Origin: Chamaesiphon sp.
Lineage (GTDB): Bacteria > Cyanobacteriota > Cyanobacteriia > Cyanobacteriales > Chamaesiphonaceae
Direction of reading: 5' to 3'
Assembly: GCA_965246715.1 (NCBI GenBank)
Contig: CBDFFH010000018.1
Span: 1-34,981, forward strand
Length of the DNA: 34,981 bases
Under the pieces are notes generated by a model that did not search any database, was not told the origin of the DNA, and worked only from the letters and a program-made list of their open reading frames with translations. The position numbers and the translations under genes were made by a program. Below, piece by piece: positions 30,044 to 34,981 of this stretch. Position 1 is the stretch's first letter; each line of letters starts with the position of its first letter.

Positions 30044-30467
30044 AATATACACTAGTTCTTTTAACGCTAAGGACAGTGGATATCAATGTCCTCAAGTAGT
30101 CTTTACTGGTACAGGCTAGTTCGTCCACATCTAGACCAGATTTTATCGTTACAAGTGGTCGTCCTCGGCGAAATACTTCAGATGGAGCTAATAGTTACCT
30201 TGTAGGTGATATTAAATTGAGTTTTAAAACAGTGGTTCAAGAATATTTTGGATGGGACGGAAAGCCCTCCTTCCAACACGAGGCAATGGAATACTATCAC
30301 TGGTTATGCTAAAAAGCACGGAATAAATGTTACTGGATTTGTTACATTGTTCAATGGAGGAAAAGAGACAGTTGCATTGAGACAGAAAATATTGGAGAAA
30401 GCTATCAGTAAACAAGTAATTGTATTGTTAGCCTCGGTACAATAACTGAAGAAGTATAATATTATCA

Positions 30468-31055
30468 ATGAAAAATGATACCATTTTCCAAATGATATCC
30501 AGCCAGGATATAGAAGGAATAAGTAAAGACAACGACCTCAAAAATAATGTTAATCAATTACATGAAGATAGATGCGAATACAGTTATTCAACATTTCTGC
30601 TTCATGCTATTGATCTAGGATGGCTTGAAGGAACCAGATTTTTTATTGAAATAGGTGCAGACTTACATCTTTGCCTACCTTGGGAACCTCTGCCATTAGG
30701 ACTGGCAGTAGAAAAAGGTGACTTTGAAATAGTAAAACTGTTGCTTGAATCAGGTGCAAATCCAAATAAAGGTGGAGTTGATAATTTACCGATGCATGAT
30801 GCTGTTGGAAGGGAAAGAATCGATTTACTACACTTACTCATTCAAGCAGGTGCAGAACTTAATACACGTTACCACGATGACACAACGCCTCTAATGGTTG
30901 CATCATATCTTGGTAACTTAACTATTGTTGAAATTCTCATTAAAGCTGGTGCTTGTGTTCACTTTACTCATGAATCTGGTGAAACTGCTTTAGAAATAGC
31001 GATCGAGGGCGGTCACAAAAATGTAGCTGAATACTTAGGATCGGTAGTTCCGTAG
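30468..31055 (+). CDS. Repeat copy of the ankyrin-repeat protein
   Basis: Identical to 7709..8296. Confidence 0.9.
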   Translation: MKNDTIFQMISSQDIEGISKDNDLKNNVNQLHEDRCEYSYSTFLLHAIDLGWLEGTRFFIEIGADLHLCLPWEPLPLGLAVEKGDFEIVKLLLESGANPNKGGVDNLPMHDAVGRERIDLLHLLIQAGAELNTRYHDDTTPLMVASYLGNLTIVEILIKAGACVHFTHESGETALEIAIEGGHKNVAEYLGSVVP

Positions 31056-32040
31056 TTTTGTAGAGTGGGCATCGTCAATAACTCAAATGTAGACTGAGTA
31101 AGCTTTTCAATAATCCACTCTTCCTCGAAGCTTGCGCGCCGTTCTTCTGCTAAGGCAGACGCTTCGGGAACGACGGTCGAATGTAACCCGATCGCACCTT
31201 ACAGCCGCTTGGAATTTTCCAGTCTGACGAAAACCCTGCCCCTGCGGGAGCTTGCACCTTTTTGTCTGACCGCACCACGAGTCATAAGCTCTGCTATCGC
31301 TAAATGTAGCGATCAATTCATACCAAATCAGCCAACTTACTCGAAACCTGACCCTGGACATTCTTCCGCCGATCGTCATAAATCACCAAAGTTTCTAACT
31401 TCGCATGTCCGCTCAACAATCTTGCATTCCCGCACATTCCCATCGCTCAAATCCAAATAAGCCGTAATCGAACTATGTCTGACCCGATGCGGCGACATCC
31501 GTTTCTCAACAGCCGCCCCTTTTGCCAATCGCTCCACCAAATAACCCAAACTGCGCCCCGATAACCGCTTGCCATACGAGCGATTATCTAAAGCAATAAA
31601 TAAATGTAGCAGCCTGCAATCATAATCGTTAGAACCTGCAATCATCGCATTTACAAGCCAGGATTAAATGCAACTATAATTTCACTCCAGCCAGGATTAA
31701 TTGCAACTGAGCCAGAATTAATTGCAACCAACCTGCAATCATCGCTTTGAGCCAGGATTAAATGCAACTATCCGAAAGTCAATTCAGGCAGGCATTTGGC
31801 AGTTTAGTCACAAATCGTTCCAACCGCCAATCAAATTAGCGTAATTCCAGCCAGGATTAAATGCAACTATAAATTAGGGCAGAGACAGTAAAGAAAACGT
31901 TCGTTTTCCTTACGCTGATAAAAATTGTCGAGCTGAGTCTAGAACCGAATCAAGTTTGGTAACGAAACTCGGTAATTCTAACAGTGGCAACATATGTTGG
32001 TAATGCACGGGCTTCGTTACTCAGTTGCGCCAAAGCCAAA

Positions 32041-32598
32041 ATGTTAATCGGTTATGCACGAGTTTCCACCGACGACCAAAATCTGCACCTCCAAATGGAT
32101 GCTTTGGATGCTGCTGGATGTGAAAAAATCTACACAGACCACATCAGCGGCGTAAAAGCTGCCAGACCAGGACTGTCACTAGCATTTGAGGTAGCGCGGA
32201 CTGATGATGTCCTAGTGATCTGGCGATTAGACCGTTTGGGCAGATCGCTCAAAGACTTGATTGAAAAAATGGACACCTTAGAGAAGCGCGGAATTGGGCT
32301 GTCTAGCTTACAAGAAGCCATCACCACCACCAATAGCAGTGGTCGATTGATTTTCCACCTCTTCGGCGCACTAGCAGAATTTGAACGTAATCTCATGCGC
32401 GAACGCACCACTGCTGGACTAGTCGCCGCCAGAGCGCGGGGTCGTTTGGGCGGTAGACCCAAAGCCCTCGACCTCGCCAAACGCCAATTAGCAGTCCAAC
32501 TCTACACCGAGGGCAAACACACAATTATGGAAATTTGTAGCCTGATGGGAATTTCCAAACCAACGCTCTACAACTACATCGCTGAGATCGTTACCTGA
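32041..32598 (+). CDS. tnpR: Serine resolvase (repeat copy)
   Basis: Same protein as 9280..9837. Confidence 0.92.
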   Translation: MLIGYARVSTDDQNLHLQMDALDAAGCEKIYTDHISGVKAARPGLSLAFEVARTDDVLVIWRLDRLGRSLKDLIEKMDTLEKRGIGLSSLQEAITTTNSSGRLIFHLFGALAEFERNLMRERTTAGLVAARARGRLGGRPKALDLAKRQLAVQLYTEGKHTIMEICSLMGISKPTLYNYIAEIVT

Positions 32599-32599
32599 A

Positions 32600-34261
32600 A
32601 TGGCACACAAGCAAATCCCGGTCGAGGCACTGATTAATTTACGCCACCGCCTCGATGGGTTGCCCAGTCGCTGTCGGGAGCGGCGAATTATCATCGCAGA
32701 AACAGCCGCACTCTATGGTGTGTCTACAGATACTCTGTACCGAGCCTTGCGAAATGCTGCTCGTCCCAATTCTATCAATCGCGCCGATAATGGTGTACCC
32801 AGAAAACTGCCCTTAAAGGAGATGGAACGGTACTGTGAGATCGTCGCCGCGATGAAAATTCGCACCAGTAACAAAAAAGGGCGGCATATTTCCACTGGAC
32901 GAGCGATTGAACTATTAGAAGAATTTGGCATGGAGACACCTGACGGCTTTGTCCAACCACCCAAAGGTGTATTGACCAAAAGTACTGTCAATTATTACTT
33001 GAAAATGTGGGGATACGACCGAGATCGGATGACCAGACAACCACCTGCGGTAAGGTTTCAAGCGACTCATAGCAACGAATGTTGGCATTTCGACCTCAGC
33101 CCATCAGATCTCAAACACGTCAAAGAACCATCCTGGGTGGAACCAGGGCGGGGGAATCCATTATTGATGCTGTACAGCATTGTGGACGACCGAAGTGGCG
33201 TATGTTATCAGGAATATCACTGTGTTTATGGTGAAGATGTCGAAGCTGCCTTGCGCTTCTTATTCAATGCGATGACCGTAAAAACCACCGAGGGCTTTCC
33301 CTTTCAGGGAATTCCAGAGATGATTTATGCCGACAATGGGCCGATTTCCAAAAGCCATGTCTTTCAAAACGTGATGGATTGCTTGAACATCAATCTGGTG
33401 ACACATATGCCAGCAGGTAAAGACGGTCGGCGAGTCACAGCTCGTTCCAAGGGGAAAGTCGAAAGACCGTTTCGGACAGTCAAAGAGGCCCATGAAACCT
33501 TGTATCACTTTCACGAACCGAACAGCGACGTTGAAGCCAACTTGTGGTTGCGGCAGTACATATTGCATTACAACGATAAACCACACCGCAGCGAACCGCA
33601 TTCACGCATCGAGGATTGGCTGCGGAATGCTCCCAAGACCGGATTGAGGTCGATGTGCAGTTGGGAAAGATTCTGTACGTTTGCCCGCGAACCACAACGT
33701 CGAAAAGTTGGGGGCGATGCCAGAGTATCGATTGAGGGGGTAGCTTATCAAGTCGAGCCAGACTTAGCTGGAGAATCAGTAATCTTGTGGTGGGGCTTAT
33801 TTGACAACGAATTATACGTCCAGAAAGATGACCGTCGCTATGGACCATTTTATCCAGTTGACGGCCCGATTCCCCTGCATCGATACCGTAAATTTAAACA
33901 AACTAAAACTGAAGAGCGCGCAGATAAAATTGCCAATTTAGCTAAGAAATTGGGGTTGCCACGAGCTGCTTTAACCAACAATGCTGACTTACAGTTTTTA
34001 GTCGATAAATACAAAGAATTCGAGCCAACTGTAACACCCTTTCAAGACCCCGACCCCTATCAAGAATTTACTTATCCGACAGTATTATTTGCTAAAAGAG
34101 CGATCTCCGATTATCTGGCTAAACCTTTGGCAAAATTATCGAAAGAACAATTAATCTTTATCGATACACTCTTAGCTGAAACCTTGAATAAAAGAGTAAT
34201 TATCGAACGAGTTCAACAGTATTTTTACTCACATCCAGGAGAACAGCAAAATGCTCACTGA
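32600..34261 (+). CDS. DDE transposase (repeat copy, with the V>I and T>M variants)
   Basis: 553 aa; HIST/LKMWG where the first copy has HVST/LKTWG. Confidence 0.9.
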   Translation: MAHKQIPVEALINLRHRLDGLPSRCRERRIIIAETAALYGVSTDTLYRALRNAARPNSINRADNGVPRKLPLKEMERYCEIVAAMKIRTSNKKGRHISTGRAIELLEEFGMETPDGFVQPPKGVLTKSTVNYYLKMWGYDRDRMTRQPPAVRFQATHSNECWHFDLSPSDLKHVKEPSWVEPGRGNPLLMLYSIVDDRSGVCYQEYHCVYGEDVEAALRFLFNAMTVKTTEGFPFQGIPEMIYADNGPISKSHVFQNVMDCLNINLVTHMPAGKDGRRVTARSKGKVERPFRTVKEAHETLYHFHEPNSDVEANLWLRQYILHYNDKPHRSEPHSRIEDWLRNAPKTGLRSMCSWERFCTFAREPQRRKVGGDARVSIEGVAYQVEPDLAGESVILWWGLFDNELYVQKDDRRYGPFYPVDGPIPLHRYRKFKQTKTEERADKIANLAKKLGLPRAALTNNADLQFLVDKYKEFEPTVTPFQDPDPYQEFTYPTVLFAKRAISDYLAKPLAKLSKEQLIFIDTLLAETLNKRVIIERVQQYFYSHPGEQQNAH

Positions 34262-34981
34262 AGTTATGGAACATTTTCGGTTAATTAGAGAGTTTCGTAA
34301 AGCCGGATACTATGATACCGAGTATCAACAGCAAATGTTTAAGGATATTAAAGCTGCAATCCATTCAGGGAAGCTGATTGCTATTACTGGGATTATCGGG
34401 TGTGGGAAAACAACCACGTTAAGACGCTTGTTTGAGATTTTGGAGCAAGAAGGGAAAATCTTGGTATCTAAGTCGCTGTCTGTATATAAAGATCGAGCGA
34501 CGCTACCAACATTAATTGCTGCTTTATTTTACGATCTCTCAACAGATAAAGAGGTAAAAATTCCCGCCCTTGGTGAAAAGCGAGAACGCGAGCTGCGCGA
34601 CTTGATTAGAAAAGGTAAAAAGCCAGTGGCACTATTTGTTGATGAGGCACACGATCTGCATTGCAGTACTCTAACGGGACTCAAACGGCTAATTGAAGTA
34701 GTTGAAGATGGTGGCGGTACACTTTCGGTGGTTTTGGCTGGTCATCCCAAGCTTAAAAACGATCTCCGCCGTCCAACAATGGAAGAAATTGGGTATCGAG
34801 CAACCGTATTCTCGCTAGAGGGCATTGTTGGTAATCAGCGGGGATATATTGAATGGTTGGTGGCTAAATGCACTACTGAAGATACTCAAATTGGTGACAT
34901 TTTAGAGCCGGAGGCGATTGAACTACTCGCGACCCGATTGAGAACTCCGCTTCAAATCGAGCAGCATTTGACTCTAGCTTT
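34251..34981 (+). CDS. AAA+ ATPase (repeat copy, partial)
   Basis: Matches 11490 onward; runs off the window end. Confidence 0.85.
   Translation, partial: MLTEVMEHFRLIREFRKAGYYDTEYQQQMFKDIKAAIHSGKLIAITGIIGCGKTTTLRRLFEILEQEGKILVSKSLSVYKDRATLPTLIAALFYDLSTDKEVKIPALGEKRERELRDLIRKGKKPVALFVDEAHDLHCSTLTGLKRLIEVVEDGGGTLSVVLAGHPKLKNDLRRPTMEEIGYRATVFSLEGIVGNQRGYIEWLVAKCTTEDTQIGDILEPEAIELLATRLRTPLQIEQHLTLA

Larger units (their letters stand above)
22759..34981. repeat. Second pass around the plasmid (repeat of 1..12220)
   Basis: Near-identical sequence and identical gene order. Confidence 0.95.
31605..34981 (+). mobile_element. Repeat copy of the 3.8-kb transposon, cut by the window end
   Basis: TGTAGCAGCC left end at 31605; same three genes. 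Confidence 0.9.

Overview
This window is about 1.5 passes around a ~22,758-bp cyanobacterial plasmid: 1..12220 recurs at 22759..34981, most likely from an over-assembled circle. HIP1 (GCGATCGC) and CGATCG sites are abundant. The backbone has a Prim-Pol/DUF927 primase-helicase rep gene carrying 14 GTGAGTC iterons in and just after its 3' end, a MOBV relaxase with oriT and a divergent TraL/TraM-like operon, a type Ib ParA/RHH partition pair and two type II toxin-antitoxin pairs. A second, decayed replicon is arranged as a mirror image of the first: its primase-helicase is truncated and its NERD-like partner gene is split by an IS66. Both rep leaders share a convergent-promoter, three-hairpin layout that suggests unannotated antisense control RNAs. 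Mobile elements are (1) a 271-bp Tn3/Tn21-type miniature element with 38-bp IRs and a res site, next to an orphan nuclease toxin tip plus ankyrin gene; (2) a 3,806-bp resolvase/DDE transposase/AAA-ATPase transposon with perfect 167-bp TIRs, joined into an inverted partial copy of itself; and (3) an ISBst12-group IS66 with an 8-bp TSD. No CRISPR, tRNA or rRNA was seen. Family assignments come from motifs read by eye, not from database searches.
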